From: Candidatus Dietzia intestinipullorum
GTDB lineage: Bacteria; Actinomycetota; Actinomycetes; Mycobacteriales; Mycobacteriaceae
Assembly: GCA_019119635.1 (NCBI GenBank)
Contig: DWWP01000041.1
Location: 19,772-83,771, forward strand
DNA length: 64,000 nucleotides
Reading direction: 5' to 3'
The notes beneath the pieces are model-generated. The model made no database searches. It was not told the origin of the DNA and saw only the letters and a program-made list of their open reading frames with translations. The position numbers and the translations under genes were made by a program. Positions 19,821-31,953 of the stretch are shown here, piece after piece (position 1 is the stretch's first letter; each line of letters begins with the position of its first letter).

Positions 19821-21929
19821 GTGACCAGCGCGTCGGAGATCACCGAGCTCACCACCGCCCGCCACCCCTCCGACTGGACGGACCTGGACACGCGCGCGGT
19901 CGACACCGCTCGGGTGCTCGCGGCGGAGGCCGTCCAGAACTGCGGGAGTGGACATCCGGGCACGGCGATGAGCCTGGCCCCGCTCGCGTACACCCTCTAC
20001 CAGCGGGTGATGCGACACGACCCCGCCGACCCGAAGTGGGTCGGACGCGACCGGTTCGTCCTGTCCTGCGGACACTCCTCGCTCACGCAGTACATCCAGC
20101 TGTACATGGCGGGCTTCGGCCTCGAGCTCGCAGACCTCAAGGCGCTGCGCACGTGGGGCTCGCTGACCCCCGGCCACCCGGAGTGGGATCACACCGACGG
20201 TGTGGAGATCACCACCGGCCCGCTGGGACAGGGACTGGCGTCGGCGGTGGGGATGGCGATGGCGTCGCGGTACGAGCGTGGACTGTTCGACCCGGACGCC
20301 CCGGCCGGCAAGAGCCCCTTCGACCACTTCATCTACGTGATCGCCTCGGATGGCGACCTCCAGGAAGGGGTCACCTCGGAGGCGTCGTCGCTCGCGGGGA
20401 CCCAGCAGCTCGGCAACCTGATCGCGGTGTACGACGACAACGAGATCTCGATCGAGGACGACACCGCCATCGCCTTCTCGGAGGACGTCGCCGCCCGCTA
20501 CGAGGCGTACGGCTGGCACGTCCAGACCGTGGACGGGGGCGAGGACGTGGCGGCGATCGAGGAGGCCGTCGCCAATGCCCGCGGCGTCACCGACAAGCCC
20601 TCTCTCATCGTCCTGCGCACCGTGATCGGCTACCCGGCCCCGACCAAGATGAACACCGGCGCGGCCCACGGGGCGGCACTCGGTCAGGACGAGGTCGACG
20701 CGGTCAAGGACGCCCTCGGGGTGGGCGGCACGGAGCCCTTCACCGTCGACGACGACGTGATCGCGCACACCCGGGGCGCGCGCGATCGCGGCGCGCGCGT
20801 CCACGCACAGTGGAGCGATATGTTCCACGCGTGGGCCGACGCCAACCCCGAGGCCAAGAAGCTCTTCGAGCGCCTGTACTCGGGCCAGTTGCCCGAGGGC
20901 TGGGACACGGGGCTGCCGACGTGGGAGGCCGACCCCAAGGGGATCGCCACGCGGAAGGCCTCGGCGGAGGCCATCCAGGCTCTCTCCGAGACCCTCCCCG
21001 AGCTGTGGGGCGGCTCCTCGGACCTGGCGGAGTCCAACAACACCCCGGTCAAGGGCGCCGACTCGTTCGGGCCCGATTCAATCTCCACCGCGATGTGGTC
21101 AGCCACCCCGTACGGCCGGAACCTCCATTTCGGCGTGCGCGAGCACGCCATGGCCGCGATCCTCAACGGCATCGCCCTGCACGGCCCCACACGCCCGTAC
21201 GGCGGTACGTTCCTGATCTTCAGCGACTACATGCGTCCGGCTGTCCGGCTCGCGGCCCTGCAGGGCAGTAACGCCTACTACGTGTGGACCCACGACTCCA
21301 TCGGGCTCGGTGAGGACGGTCCCACCCATCAGCCGGTGGAGCAGCTGGCCGCGCTGCGTGCCATCCCGGGTCTGGCGGTCCTGCGCCCGGCCGACGCCAA
21401 CGAGACCGCGGCAGCCTGGCGCGCGATGTTGATGGGACTCGACGGCCCCAAGGGACTGTGCCTGACCCGCCAGAACGTCCCCGTCCTCGAGGGCACCGCG
21501 AGTGCGGCTCGTGAGGGGGTCGTCCGCGGTGGGTACGTGCTGGCGGAGGCCTCGACCGGGACGCCCGAGGTCCTGCTCATCGGCACGGGTTCGGAGGTCC
21601 AACTGGCGGTGGCGGCGCGCGAGACCCTCGAGGCGGAGGGCATCCCGACCCGCGTCGTCTCCATGCCGTGCGTCGAGTTCTTCGACCAGCAGGACGCCGA
21701 GTACCGCGAGTCCGTGCTCCCTCGCGCCGTCCGCGCCCGGGTGAGCGTCGAGGCGGGCATCGCGATGCCGTGGCACCGCTTCCTGGGCGACGCCGGCGAG
21801 GCCGTGTCGCTCGAGCACTTCGGCGCGTCAGCTCCGTACCAGACGTTGTTCTCAGAGTTCGGCATCACCGCCGAGGCAGTAGTCGACGCGGCCCGCGGGA
21901 CTCTCGCGTCCGTCGCAGGGGAGGCATGA
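19821..21929 (+). CDS. tkt: Transketolase
   Basis: The start was trimmed to GTG 19821 (GGGAGA upstream), giving 702 aa. The TPP motif is GSGHPGTAMS, and DGDLQEGV and THDSIGLGEDGPTHQP are also present. Confidence 0.95.
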   Translation: MTSASEITELTTARHPSDWTDLDTRAVDTARVLAAEAVQNCGSGHPGTAMSLAPLAYTLYQRVMRHDPADPKWVGRDRFVLSCGHSSLTQYIQLYMAGFGLELADLKALRTWGSLTPGHPEWDHTDGVEITTGPLGQGLASAVGMAMASRYERGLFDPDAPAGKSPFDHFIYVIASDGDLQEGVTSEASSLAGTQQLGNLIAVYDDNEISIEDDTAIAFSEDVAARYEAYGWHVQTVDGGEDVAAIEEAVANARGVTDKPSLIVLRTVIGYPAPTKMNTGAAHGAALGQDEVDAVKDALGVGGTEPFTVDDDVIAHTRGARDRGARVHAQWSDMFHAWADANPEAKKLFERLYSGQLPEGWDTGLPTWEADPKGIATRKASAEAIQALSETLPELWGGSSDLAESNNTPVKGADSFGPDSISTAMWSATPYGRNLHFGVREHAMAAILNGIALHGPTRPYGGTFLIFSDYMRPAVRLAALQGSNAYYVWTHDSIGLGEDGPTHQPVEQLAALRAIPGLAVLRPADANETAAAWRAMLMGLDGPKGLCLTRQNVPVLEGTASAAREGVVRGGYVLAEASTGTPEVLLIGTGSEVQLAVAARETLEAEGIPTRVVSMPCVEFFDQQDAEYRESVLPRAVRARVSVEAGIAMPWHRFLGDAGEAVSLEHFGASAPYQTLFSEFGITAEAVVDAARGTLASVAGEA

Positions 21930-23035
21930 TGACCAACGCCAATCTCGCCGCACTGAGCGCCGCGGGCGTCTCGGTCTGGCTGGACGACCTGTCGCGTCAG
22001 CTGATCACCTCGGGTGGACTCGCCCAGCGGATGTCGACGTACTCCGTGGTCGGGGTCACCACCAACCCGGCCATCTTCCAGTCCGCGCTGGCCGACTCCT
22101 CGGCGTACGAGTCGGCCCTGACCGAAGCGGTCCGGGAGAGCCGTGACGTGGATTCCGTGGTGCGCGCCCTGACCACCGCCGACGTCCGTGACGCGTGCGA
22201 CGTCCTCGCCGGCGTGTACGAGGCGACGGACGGGGTCGACGGCAGGGTCTCGCTCGAGGTCGACCCGCGGCTCGCGGACGACACGGCGCGGACCATCACC
22301 CAGGCGGTCGAGCTCTCCGAGGCGGTCGACCGCCCCAACGTGATGATCAAGATCCCCGCGACGGAGGCCGGGCTCCCCGCGATCACGGAGGTGATCGGTC
22401 GCGGGATCGACGTCAACGTCACTCTCATCTTCTCGGCCGACCAGTACCGGAAGGTGGCACAGGCCTACATCGCCGGCCTCGAGAAGGCGGCACAGGCGGG
22501 TCACGACCTGGCACGGATCCATTCGGTGGCCTCCGTGTTCGTCTCCCGCCTCGACACCGAGGTCGATTCGCGACTGCCGGAGGACTCCCGACTCCGCGGG
22601 ACCGCGGGATTGGCCAACGCGCGGCTGTGCCAGGACGTGTACGAGGAGATCTACGCCGGCGACGGCGCGTTCACAGAGCTCGCGCGCCGTGGTGCCAGGC
22701 CGCAGCGTCTCCTCTGGGCCTCCACCGGTGTCAAGGAGCCCGCCTACCCGGACACCATGTACGTCAGCGGCCTGGTCACCTACGGGACGGTGAACACCAT
22801 GCCGTTCGCCACGATGGAGGCGTTCGCGGATCACGGCGCGCTCGAGGGCGATACCGTCCGCGGCACCGGCGAGGCCTCCCGGGCCACGCTCGACGCTCTC
22901 CGCGCCGAAGGCATCGACCTCGACGAGGTCTTCGGCCTGCTGGAACGCCAGGGCGTGGAGAAGTTCGTTACCGCTTGGGACGGGTTGATCGACACGGTCC
23001 GCAGTCGGGTCGACGAGATCCCGTCGGGGTCGTGA
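21926..23035 (+). CDS. tal: Transaldolase
   Basis: ATG 21926 (or 21929) overlaps the tkt stop. Motifs are VSVWLDDLSR and the Schiff-base Lys in VMIKIPATEAG. Confidence 0.93.
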   Translation: MMTNANLAALSAAGVSVWLDDLSRQLITSGGLAQRMSTYSVVGVTTNPAIFQSALADSSAYESALTEAVRESRDVDSVVRALTTADVRDACDVLAGVYEATDGVDGRVSLEVDPRLADDTARTITQAVELSEAVDRPNVMIKIPATEAGLPAITEVIGRGIDVNVTLIFSADQYRKVAQAYIAGLEKAAQAGHDLARIHSVASVFVSRLDTEVDSRLPEDSRLRGTAGLANARLCQDVYEEIYAGDGAFTELARRGARPQRLLWASTGVKEPAYPDTMYVSGLVTYGTVNTMPFATMEAFADHGALEGDTVRGTGEASRATLDALRAEGIDLDEVFGLLERQGVEKFVTAWDGLIDTVRSRVDEIPSGS

Positions 23036-24585
23036 CCGGCCCCCGGCACGAGCACAACGGCACGGACTGGGTCAACCCGCTCCGGGACCCGCGTGACCGT
23101 CGGCTCCCCCGGATCGCGGGTCCCTCGGGTCTGGTGATCTTCGGGGTCACCGGAGACCTGTCCAAGAAGAAGCTCATCCCGGCGATCTACGATCTCGCCA
23201 ACCGCGGCCTGCTGCCGCCCGGCTTCTCTCTGGTGGGCTTCGGTCGACGTCGCTGGAGCACCGAGGAGTTCGCGGAGTTCGCCCGGCAGCAGGCCCGGGA
23301 GCGCTGCCGCACGCCGTTCCGTGACGAGGTCTGGGAGCAGCTTGCGGAGGGACTGCGATTCGTCACCGGGACCTTCGACGACGACGAGGGCTTCGACCGG
23401 CTCGCGGAGGTGCTGACCGAACTGGAGTCGGACCGCGGAACGGCCGGGAACTACGCCTTCTACCTGTCGATCCCACCCGACGACTTCCCCACCGTCTGCC
23501 GGCACCTCGAGCGCACTGGCTGCGCGCGTGCGGACGACGGTTCGTGGCGCCGCGTCGTGATCGAGAAGCCCTTCGGTCACGATCTCGAGAGCGCCCGCGA
23601 GCTCAACGACGTGGTGGGCGCGGTGTTCCCCGAGGACTCGGTCTTCCGGATCGACCACTACCTCGGAAAGGAGACCGTCCAGAACATCCTCGCGCTCCGG
23701 TTCGCCAACCAGCTTTTCGAGCCGGTCTGGAACGGCAACCACGTCGACCACGTGCAGATCACGATGGCCGAGGACATCGGCCTCGGCGGCCGGGCCGGAT
23801 ACTACGACGGCATCGGCGCGGCCCGCGACGTCATCCAGAACCATCTGATCCAGCTCATGGCGCTGGTCGCGATGGAGGAACCCACTGATTTCTCCGCGGC
23901 TGCGCTGCGCTCGGAGAAGACCAAGGTCCTCGAGTCCACCTCGCTCGCCCTGCCGATCTCCGAGACCGCCGCCCGGGGACAGTACTCGGGCGGCTGGCAG
24001 GGCTCGGAGCAGGTGGTCGGGCTCAAGGACGAGGAGGGCTACGACCCGGACTCGACCACGGAGACGTTCGCCGCGATCACCCTCGAGGTGCACAACCGCA
24101 GATGGGCCGGGGTCCCGTTCTACCTGCGCACCGGAAAGCGACTGGGCCGGCGCGTCACCGAGATCGCCGTGGTGTTCCGCCGGGCGCCCCACCTCCCGTT
24201 CGACTCCACCATGACCCAGGAGCTCGGCAAGAACGCGTTGGTGATCCGGGTGCAGCCGGACGAGGGCGTCACCCTGCGTTTCGGATCCAAGGTCCCCGGG
24301 ACCGCGATGGAGGTCCGCGACGTCAACATGGACTTCGCGTACGGCGAGGCGTTCACCGAATCCTCCCCCGAGGCGTACGAGCGGCTCATCCTGGACGTGC
24401 TCCTCGGCGAACCATCGCTCTTTCCCGTCTCCCGCGAGGTCGAGCTGAGTTGGGAACTGCTCGACCCGGTGCTGGATCACTGGGCGTCCGAGGGTGCGCC
24501 CGAGCAGTACCGGGCGGGCACCTGGGGCCCACCCGGTGCCGATGAGATGCTCGCACGCAGTGGACGTTCCTGGAGGCGGCCGTGA
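23032..24585 (+). CDS. zwf: Glucose-6-phosphate dehydrogenase
   Basis: GTG 23032 overlaps the tal stop (GTGA). Motifs are IFGVTGDLSKKKL and RIDHYLGKE. The product is 517 aa. Confidence 0.95.
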   Translation: MTGPRHEHNGTDWVNPLRDPRDRRLPRIAGPSGLVIFGVTGDLSKKKLIPAIYDLANRGLLPPGFSLVGFGRRRWSTEEFAEFARQQARERCRTPFRDEVWEQLAEGLRFVTGTFDDDEGFDRLAEVLTELESDRGTAGNYAFYLSIPPDDFPTVCRHLERTGCARADDGSWRRVVIEKPFGHDLESARELNDVVGAVFPEDSVFRIDHYLGKETVQNILALRFANQLFEPVWNGNHVDHVQITMAEDIGLGGRAGYYDGIGAARDVIQNHLIQLMALVAMEEPTDFSAAALRSEKTKVLESTSLALPISETAARGQYSGGWQGSEQVVGLKDEEGYDPDSTTETFAAITLEVHNRRWAGVPFYLRTGKRLGRRVTEIAVVFRRAPHLPFDSTMTQELGKNALVIRVQPDEGVTLRFGSKVPGTAMEVRDVNMDFAYGEAFTESSPEAYERLILDVLLGEPSLFPVSREVELSWELLDPVLDHWASEGAPEQYRAGTWGPPGADEMLARSGRSWRRP

Positions 24586-25502
24586 TCATCGATCTCCCCG
24601 ACACCTCGACGCGAGAGATATCCAAGAAACTCGTACGGATCCGCGAGCAGGCCGGCCTCAGCACGATCGGCCGGGTCCTCACCCTGCTGGTCCTCACCGA
24701 CCACGTCCGCGGCAGCGAGGCGGCGATCGAGGCCGCCAACGAGGCCAGTCGCGAGCATCCGTGCCGCGTGATCGTGGTGATCCGGGGCGACAGGGCCCTG
24801 GCGAGCCGTCTCGACGGCGAGATCCGGGTCGGCGGTGACGCGGGCGCGGCAGAGGTCGTGGTCCTGCGCACCTCCGGCGCGATGGCGTCACAGCCCGCGT
24901 CGCTGGTCACCCCGCTCCTCCTGCCGGACACTCCCGTCGCCGTGTGGTGGCCCCGCAACTCCCCCACCCTGCTCTCGGCGGACAAGATGGGTCGCCTGGC
25001 CCGCCGGCGGATCGTGGACTCGGACGCGGAGGGACACCCCACCGATGCGCTGGCCAAGCGGGCAGCCGGCTACTCGCCCGGCGACACCGATCTGGCCTGG
25101 GCCCGCATCACGCACTGGAGGTCGCTGCTCGCGGCCACCCTCGACCGGCCTCCCCACGAGCCGATCACCGGCGCCACGGTGTGCGGACCCGAACGGGCGG
25201 CCTCCGTCGACCTCGCGGGCGGGTGGTTGGCGTCCCGACTCGGCATCGACGTCCAGCGGGCGGTCGGCCCGCGGATGGTCGTACTCGAGCGGGCCTCCGG
25301 GACCATCGTGGTCCGGCAGACCAGCGCCACGTCGGCCGAACTGACGATCACGGGCCTCGAGCCCACGCGGGTCTCCCTCGTCGCACGGTCCGTCGCCGAC
25401 TGCCTCGCCGAAGAGCTTCGCCGGATGGACGCCGACGGTGTCTACGCCGATGCCCTCGCCAACCATGACCGCGTGATCTACACGTCGGCCTCCGTGCGCT
25501 AG
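24582..25502 (+). CDS. opcA: Glucose-6-phosphate dehydrogenase assembly protein OpcA
   Basis: The GTG start overlaps the zwf stop (GTGA). The N-terminus MIIDLPDTSTREISKKLVRIRE is typical of OpcA, and the gene sits between zwf and pgl. Confidence 0.88.
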   Translation: MIIDLPDTSTREISKKLVRIREQAGLSTIGRVLTLLVLTDHVRGSEAAIEAANEASREHPCRVIVVIRGDRALASRLDGEIRVGGDAGAAEVVVLRTSGAMASQPASLVTPLLLPDTPVAVWWPRNSPTLLSADKMGRLARRRIVDSDAEGHPTDALAKRAAGYSPGDTDLAWARITHWRSLLAATLDRPPHEPITGATVCGPERAASVDLAGGWLASRLGIDVQRAVGPRMVVLERASGTIVVRQTSATSAELTITGLEPTRVSLVARSVADCLAEELRRMDADGVYADALANHDRVIYTSASVR

Positions 25503-25534
25503 ACGCGCGGGAAGAGAAGAACCAGGAGCATTCG

Positions 25535-26257
25535 ATGTCCACCCCACGTCACCATGTCCACGCCGACGCCGCCGCCGTGGCCACCGCGGCGGCGCGCGCC
25601 GTGGCCACGCACCTCGCCGAGAGCATCGCCGCGAGCGGCCAGGCGTCCCTCTCCCTCACCGGGGGCTCCGTCGGCGTGGCGACCGCTGCCGCGCTCGCGC
25701 GTCACGAGGTGGACTGGGACCGCGTCACGATCTACTTCGGCGACGAGCGCTTTGTCCCCGCCGACGATCCCGAGCGCAATGACGGCCAGCTCGATACCGC
25801 ATTGCTCGAGGGGCTCGGGGGGCGCCCCACCGTCCACCGGTGGCCGGCCCGAACCCGGGACGACGACGACGTCGACGACGCGGCCGCCGGGTTCCGCGCC
25901 GCCTTCCCGGCCCCGGCGGACGACACCCCGCTGTTCGACGTGACGATCCTCGGGATGGGCCCCGAGGGGCACATCGACTCGATCTTCCCGCACTCCCCAG
26001 CGGTCGAGGAGACGGGCGAACTGGTGGTGGGGGTGCGCGACTGTCCCAAACCGCCGCCCGAGCGGCTCACGTTCACACTTCCGGCGGTGCGCCGCTCACG
26101 CCACGTGCTGGTGGTGGCGGCCGGTGAGGGCAAGGCCGAGGCCGTGGCACAGGGCCTGGGCGGCGCGGCGCCCTCGGACTGGCCGGTCGCCGGCGCGGTG
26201 GGCATGGAGTCCACCACGTATCTCCTCGACGAGGCCGCGGCGTCGCTACTCAGCTGA
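25535..26257 (+). CDS. pgl: 6-phosphogluconolactonase
   Basis: AGGAG lies 6 nt upstream of the start. Motifs are LTGGSVG, FGDERFVP and ILGMGPEGHIDSIFP. Confidence 0.9.
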   Translation: MSTPRHHVHADAAAVATAAARAVATHLAESIAASGQASLSLTGGSVGVATAAALARHEVDWDRVTIYFGDERFVPADDPERNDGQLDTALLEGLGGRPTVHRWPARTRDDDDVDDAAAGFRAAFPAPADDTPLFDVTILGMGPEGHIDSIFPHSPAVEETGELVVGVRDCPKPPPERLTFTLPAVRRSRHVLVVAAGEGKAEAVAQGLGGAAPSDWPVAGAVGMESTTYLLDEAAASLLS

Positions 26258-26264
26258 AGGCGCG

Positions 26265-26290
26265 CCGGCCCGCCTCGCGAGGCGGGCCGG
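26265..26290. terminator. Bidirectional terminator-like perfect hairpin between convergent pgl and secG
   Basis: CCGGCCCGCCTCG/CGAGGCGGGCCGG is a 26-nt perfect palindrome. It lies 8 nt after the pgl stop and 2 nt after the secG stop. Confidence 0.6.
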
Positions 26291-26291
26291 G

Positions 26292-26525
26292 TCAGCCGAA
26301 GCGGATGAGGAGGCCGACGGCGAAGATGGCGATCACCCAGAGGATCGCCACCACCACCGTCACCCGGTCGAGGTTGCGCTCGACCACACTGGAGCCCGAG
26401 AGGCTGGACTGGACACCGCCGCCGAACAGCGAGGACAGGCCGCCGCCCTTGCCGCGGTGCAGCAGGATGAACAGCATCAGCAGCAGGCTGGAGGCGATGA
26501 GGAAGATGTCCAGGGCGAGCTTCAT
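26292..26525 (-). CDS. secG: Preprotein translocase subunit SecG
   Basis: The start was trimmed to ATG 26525, giving 77 aa. It has two TM segments and the motif LLHRGKGGGLSSLFGGG. Confidence 0.9.
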   Translation of the reverse strand: MKLALDIFLIASSLLLMLFILLHRGKGGGLSSLFGGGVQSSLSGSSVVERNLDRVTVVVAILWVIAIFAVGLLIRFG

Positions 26526-26606
26526 GTGCGGATCGGGCCTCACGTCGGGTCGGTACGGGTGGATGACGACGGGACCATCCTACCCGGTGCGTTCAGGGGG
26601 ACGAAC

Positions 26607-26640
26607 CCGGCGCGCGCCGCAGTCGCCGAGCGCGCGCCGG
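26607..26640 (-). terminator. Strong intercistronic stem-loop between tpiA and secG (11-bp perfect GC stem, 12-nt loop)
   Basis: CCGGCGCGCGC ... GCGCGCGCCGG lies 11 nt downstream of the tpiA stop. There is no U-tract. Confidence 0.45.
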
Positions 26641-26650
26641 GGGTGGCGAT

Positions 26651-27436
26651 TCAGAGGAGCGGGCCACCGGCGGCGATGGCGGACAGCTGTGCGAACTCGT
26701 CGGGCTTGAGCGAGGCCCCGCCGACCAACCCGCCGTCCACGTCGGTCTGGGCGAGGAGCTCGCCGATGTTGGACGCGTTGACGCTGCCCCCGTAGACGAC
26801 CCGCACAGCCTCTGCCGTCTCGGTGTCGGCCACCTCCGCCAGCGCGGCGCGGATCGCCGCGCACACCTCCTGTGCATCGGCGGCGGAGGCCGTCTTGCCG
26901 GTGCCGATCGCCCACACCGGCTCGTATGCGATCACGGTGGAGGCGAGCTGCTCACTCGTGAGCCCGGCCACCGAGCCCTTGAGCTGCTCGACCACGTGCG
27001 CGACGTGGTCCCCGGCCTCTCGGACCTCGAGCTTCTCCCCCACGCACACGATCGGGGTGAGATCGTGCGTGTGGCAGGCGGCCGCCTTGGCTGCCACGAG
27101 CTCGTCCGTCTCCGAGTGGTGCTCGCGTCGCTCCGAATGTCCCACGACCACGTAGGTGCACCCGAGCTTGGCGAGCATCCCCGCGGAGATCTCGCCGGTG
27201 TAGGCGCCGGACTCGTGGACCGAGACGTCCTGGGCCCCGTAGGCGAAGCCGAGCTTGTCGCCCTCCACCACGATCTGGACGCCGCGGATGTCGGTGAAGG
27301 GCGGGATGAACGCCACATCGACCTTCTCGTGGTACTTCTCCGGAAGGGCGAAAGAGACCTTCTGCACCAGCGCGATGGCCTCGAGGTGGTTGAGGTTCAT
27401 CTTCCAGTTGCCGGCGATGAGCGGGGTGCGTGCCAT
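26651..27436 (-). CDS. tpiA: Triosephosphate isomerase
   Basis: The start was trimmed to ATG 27436 (CAGGAGAGAAC upstream), giving 261 aa. Motifs are AGNWKMN, VGHSERR and [11 protein letters not shown]. Confidence 0.95.
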   Translation of the reverse strand: MARTPLIAGNWKMNLNHLEAIALVQKVSFALPEKYHEKVDVAFIPPFTDIRGVQIVVEGDKLGFAYGAQDVSVHESGAYTGEISAGMLAKLGCTYVVVGHSERREHHSETDELVAAKAAACHTHDLTPIVCVGEKLEVREAGDHVAHVVEQLKGSVAGLTSEQLASTVIAYEPVWAIGTGKTASAADAQEVCAAIRAALAEVADTETAEAVRVVYGGSVNASNIGELLAQTDVDGGLVGGASLKPDEFAQLSAIAAGGPLL

Positions 27437-27467
27437 GTTCTCTCCTGTGGGGCGAAGCGGTGATCGA

Positions 27468-28685
27468 TCAGTTGGTGCGCTCGAGGGCGGTGACGCCCGG
27501 GAGCTCCTTGCCTTCGAGGTACTCGAGGGATGCCCCGCCGCCGGTGGAGATGTGGGAGAAGTTCTCCTCCCCCAGCCCGAGGGTGCGGACGGCCGCGGCC
27601 GAGTCCCCGCCACCCACGACGGAGAACGCGCCTGCGGAGGTGGCGCTGATGATCGCCTCCGCCACCCCGCGGGTTCCTGCCGAGAAGGCCTCGAACTCGA
27701 ACACGCCCATCGGACCGTTCCAGAAGACGGTCCCCGCGGAGGTGAGCTTCTCCGCGAACGCGCTCACCGACGCCGGGCCGATGTCCAGTCCCATGCGGCC
27801 GTCGGGGATCGCGTCCGCCGGCACCACCTCGTGCGCGGCGTCGGCCGCGAACCCGTCGGCGGCCACCACGTCGACGGGGAGCGAGATGACGTCACCGAAA
27901 CGGTCGAGAAGGTCCTTGCACGTGTCGATCATCTCCTCCTGGAGGAGAGACGACCCCACGCCGTGGCCCTGTGCGGCGAGGAAGGTGAAGCACATCCCCC
28001 CGCCGATCACCAGTGCGTCGACCTTGGGCGCGAGTGCCTCGATCACCGCGAGCTTGTCCGACACCTTGGAGCCACCGAGGACCACCGCGTAGGGGCGCCG
28101 GGGATCGCCGGTCAGGTCGGCCAGGACGTCGACCTCGCTCTGCACCAGATCGCCGGCGTAGGCGGGCAGGTGCGAGGCGACGTCGTAGACCGAGGCCTGC
28201 TTCCGGTGCACCACGCCGAAGCCGTTGGACACGAAGGCGCCGTCCTCCCCGACGAGGCCCGCGAGTTCGGCGGCGAACTCGGCCCGCTCGGCGTCGTCCT
28301 TGCTGGTCTCGCGGGGATCGAAGCGGACGTTCTCCACCAGCAGGACGTCGCCGTCGGTGAGTCCGTTGGCCCGCTCCCGGGCGTCGGGTCCCACCACGTC
28401 GCCGGCGAGCTGCACGTAGCGACCGAGCTCGTCGCCGAGCTTCTCCGCGACCGGGGCCAGGGAGAACTCCGGGTCCGACGTGCCCTCGGGGCGCCCGAGG
28501 TGCGCGGTGATCACCAGCGCGGCGCCGGCGTCCAGGAGTGACTCGAGGGTCGGCAGGGAGGCCGTGATGCGGCCCGCGTCGGTGATGGTCGACCCGTCGA
28601 GCGGGACGTTGAGGTCGCAGCGCACGAGGATCTTGCGATCCTCTACGCCGGCGTCGAGCAGGTCGGAGAGCGTGCTCACGGCCAT
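27468..28685 (-). CDS. pgk: Phosphoglycerate kinase
   Basis: GGAGGAG lies 8 nt upstream. Motifs are RCDLNVPLD and [11 protein letters not shown]. Confidence 0.95.
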   Translation of the reverse strand: MAVSTLSDLLDAGVEDRKILVRCDLNVPLDGSTITDAGRITASLPTLESLLDAGAALVITAHLGRPEGTSDPEFSLAPVAEKLGDELGRYVQLAGDVVGPDARERANGLTDGDVLLVENVRFDPRETSKDDAERAEFAAELAGLVGEDGAFVSNGFGVVHRKQASVYDVASHLPAYAGDLVQSEVDVLADLTGDPRRPYAVVLGGSKVSDKLAVIEALAPKVDALVIGGGMCFTFLAAQGHGVGSSLLQEEMIDTCKDLLDRFGDVISLPVDVVAADGFAADAAHEVVPADAIPDGRMGLDIGPASVSAFAEKLTSAGTVFWNGPMGVFEFEAFSAGTRGVAEAIISATSAGAFSVVGGGDSAAAVRTLGLGEENFSHISTGGGASLEYLEGKELPGVTALERTN

Positions 28686-28728
28686 GGGGTGGACTCCTCC
28701 GGGAGTGTCGGTGTGGGGTATGTGCTGC

Positions 28729-28771
28729 GGGCCCGGCCCGGGGACGCGCTCGACGTTCCCGGGCCGGGCCC
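28729..28771 (-). terminator. Strong intercistronic stem-loop between gap and pgk (14-bp GC stem, 15-nt loop)
   Basis: GGGCCCGGCCCGGG (28729-28742) pairs with CCCGGGCCGGGCCC (28758-28771). It lies 39 nt downstream of the gap stop and 44 nt upstream of the pgk start. Confidence 0.45.
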
Positions 28772-28809
28772 GACGGATGCTGCTGTGCGCTCGGAGGGCT
28801 CGGGGGACC

Positions 28810-30925
<2,116 letters not shown>

Positions 30926-30945
30926 GCCCTGCTCCTTCGTTCTCG

Positions 30946-31947
30946 TCATTCTCCGGTCCCCGACACCGCCGCAACGGTGAGCGCCTCTGCGAGCAGCGCC
31001 GGGTCGTGAACGGCCTTCATGGTCCCATCCGCCCGCGTCTGCGCGACCTCCGCCGTCTCGATCCGCGCGCCGAAGCCGGCGGCGGCGCGTTCGAGATGCT
31101 CGCGCTCGGTCCCGCTGAGCTGCATCCGGGGGTCCACGAGGATCACGTCGACACCGACTTCGGGCGCGTGCTGTCGCAGCACGTGGAGGTGCTGCTCGGC
31201 GGAGAAGCCCGCGGTCTCGCCGGGCTGCGGAGCGAGGTTGAGTACCAGTAACTTGCGCGCCGTGGTGCGCGCGAGCGCCGCCGCGATATCCGGGACGAGC
31301 ACGTTGGGGATCACGCTGGTGAACCACGAGCCGGGGCCGAGCACGATGAGGTCCGCCGAGTCGATGGCGTCCACCACCCCGTCCGCCGCGGGCGGGTCGG
31401 CGGGTGTGAGGCGGACCCGGCGCACGCTGCCCGGGGTCGTCGCGACCGCGACCTGTCCCACGATCGTGCGGACCACCCTCGGGTCGGCCTCCAGCCCCAC
31501 CACCTCGGCGGCGATGTCGAGCGCCACCGGCGACATGGGCAACACCCTCCCGGACGTGCCGAGGATCGATCCGACGGCGTCGAGGGCCTCGAGCGGGTCC
31601 CCGAGGAGTTCCCACAAACCGGCGAACACCAGGTTGCCGACGGCGTGGCCGGCCAGGGCCCCGGTGCCCCCGTACCGATGCTGGAACAGGCGAGTGAGGC
31701 GCTCGTGCTCGTCGTCGTCCGCCGCCAACGCGCACAGCGCCATCCGCAGGTCGCCGGGGGGCAGGATCCCGAGCTCTCGGCGGAGCCGCCCCGACGAGCC
31801 TCCGTCGTCGGCCACGGTCACGACGGCGGTGATGTCGTCAGCGACGAGCCTGGCGGCCCGCAGCGTCGCGGAGAGGCCGTGCCCTCCGCCGAGCGCGACG
31901 ACGGAGCCGATCCGACCGGTGCTCCCGGATGTGCTCGTGTCGGTCAT
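30946..31947 (-). CDS. yvcK: YvcK/CuvA family gluconeogenesis-factor / cell-shape protein (2-phospho-L-lactate-transferase-like fold)
   Basis: Motifs are VALGGGHGL and [12 protein letters not shown]. The gene sits between rapZ and whiA. Confidence 0.88.
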   Translation of the reverse strand: MTDTSTSGSTGRIGSVVALGGGHGLSATLRAARLVADDITAVVTVADDGGSSGRLRRELGILPPGDLRMALCALAADDDEHERLTRLFQHRYGGTGALAGHAVGNLVFAGLWELLGDPLEALDAVGSILGTSGRVLPMSPVALDIAAEVVGLEADPRVVRTIVGQVAVATTPGSVRRVRLTPADPPAADGVVDAIDSADLIVLGPGSWFTSVIPNVLVPDIAAALARTTARKLLVLNLAPQPGETAGFSAEQHLHVLRQHAPEVGVDVILVDPRMQLSGTEREHLERAAAGFGARIETAEVAQTRADGTMKAVHDPALLAEALTVAAVSGTGE

Positions 31948-31953
31948 CCTGGA

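Noticed and set aside
22831-24480. A 549-aa minus-strand ORF.
   Set aside because: It is antisense to zwf (RIDHYLGKE and GDLSKKKL motifs on the plus strand) and has no motifs of its own.
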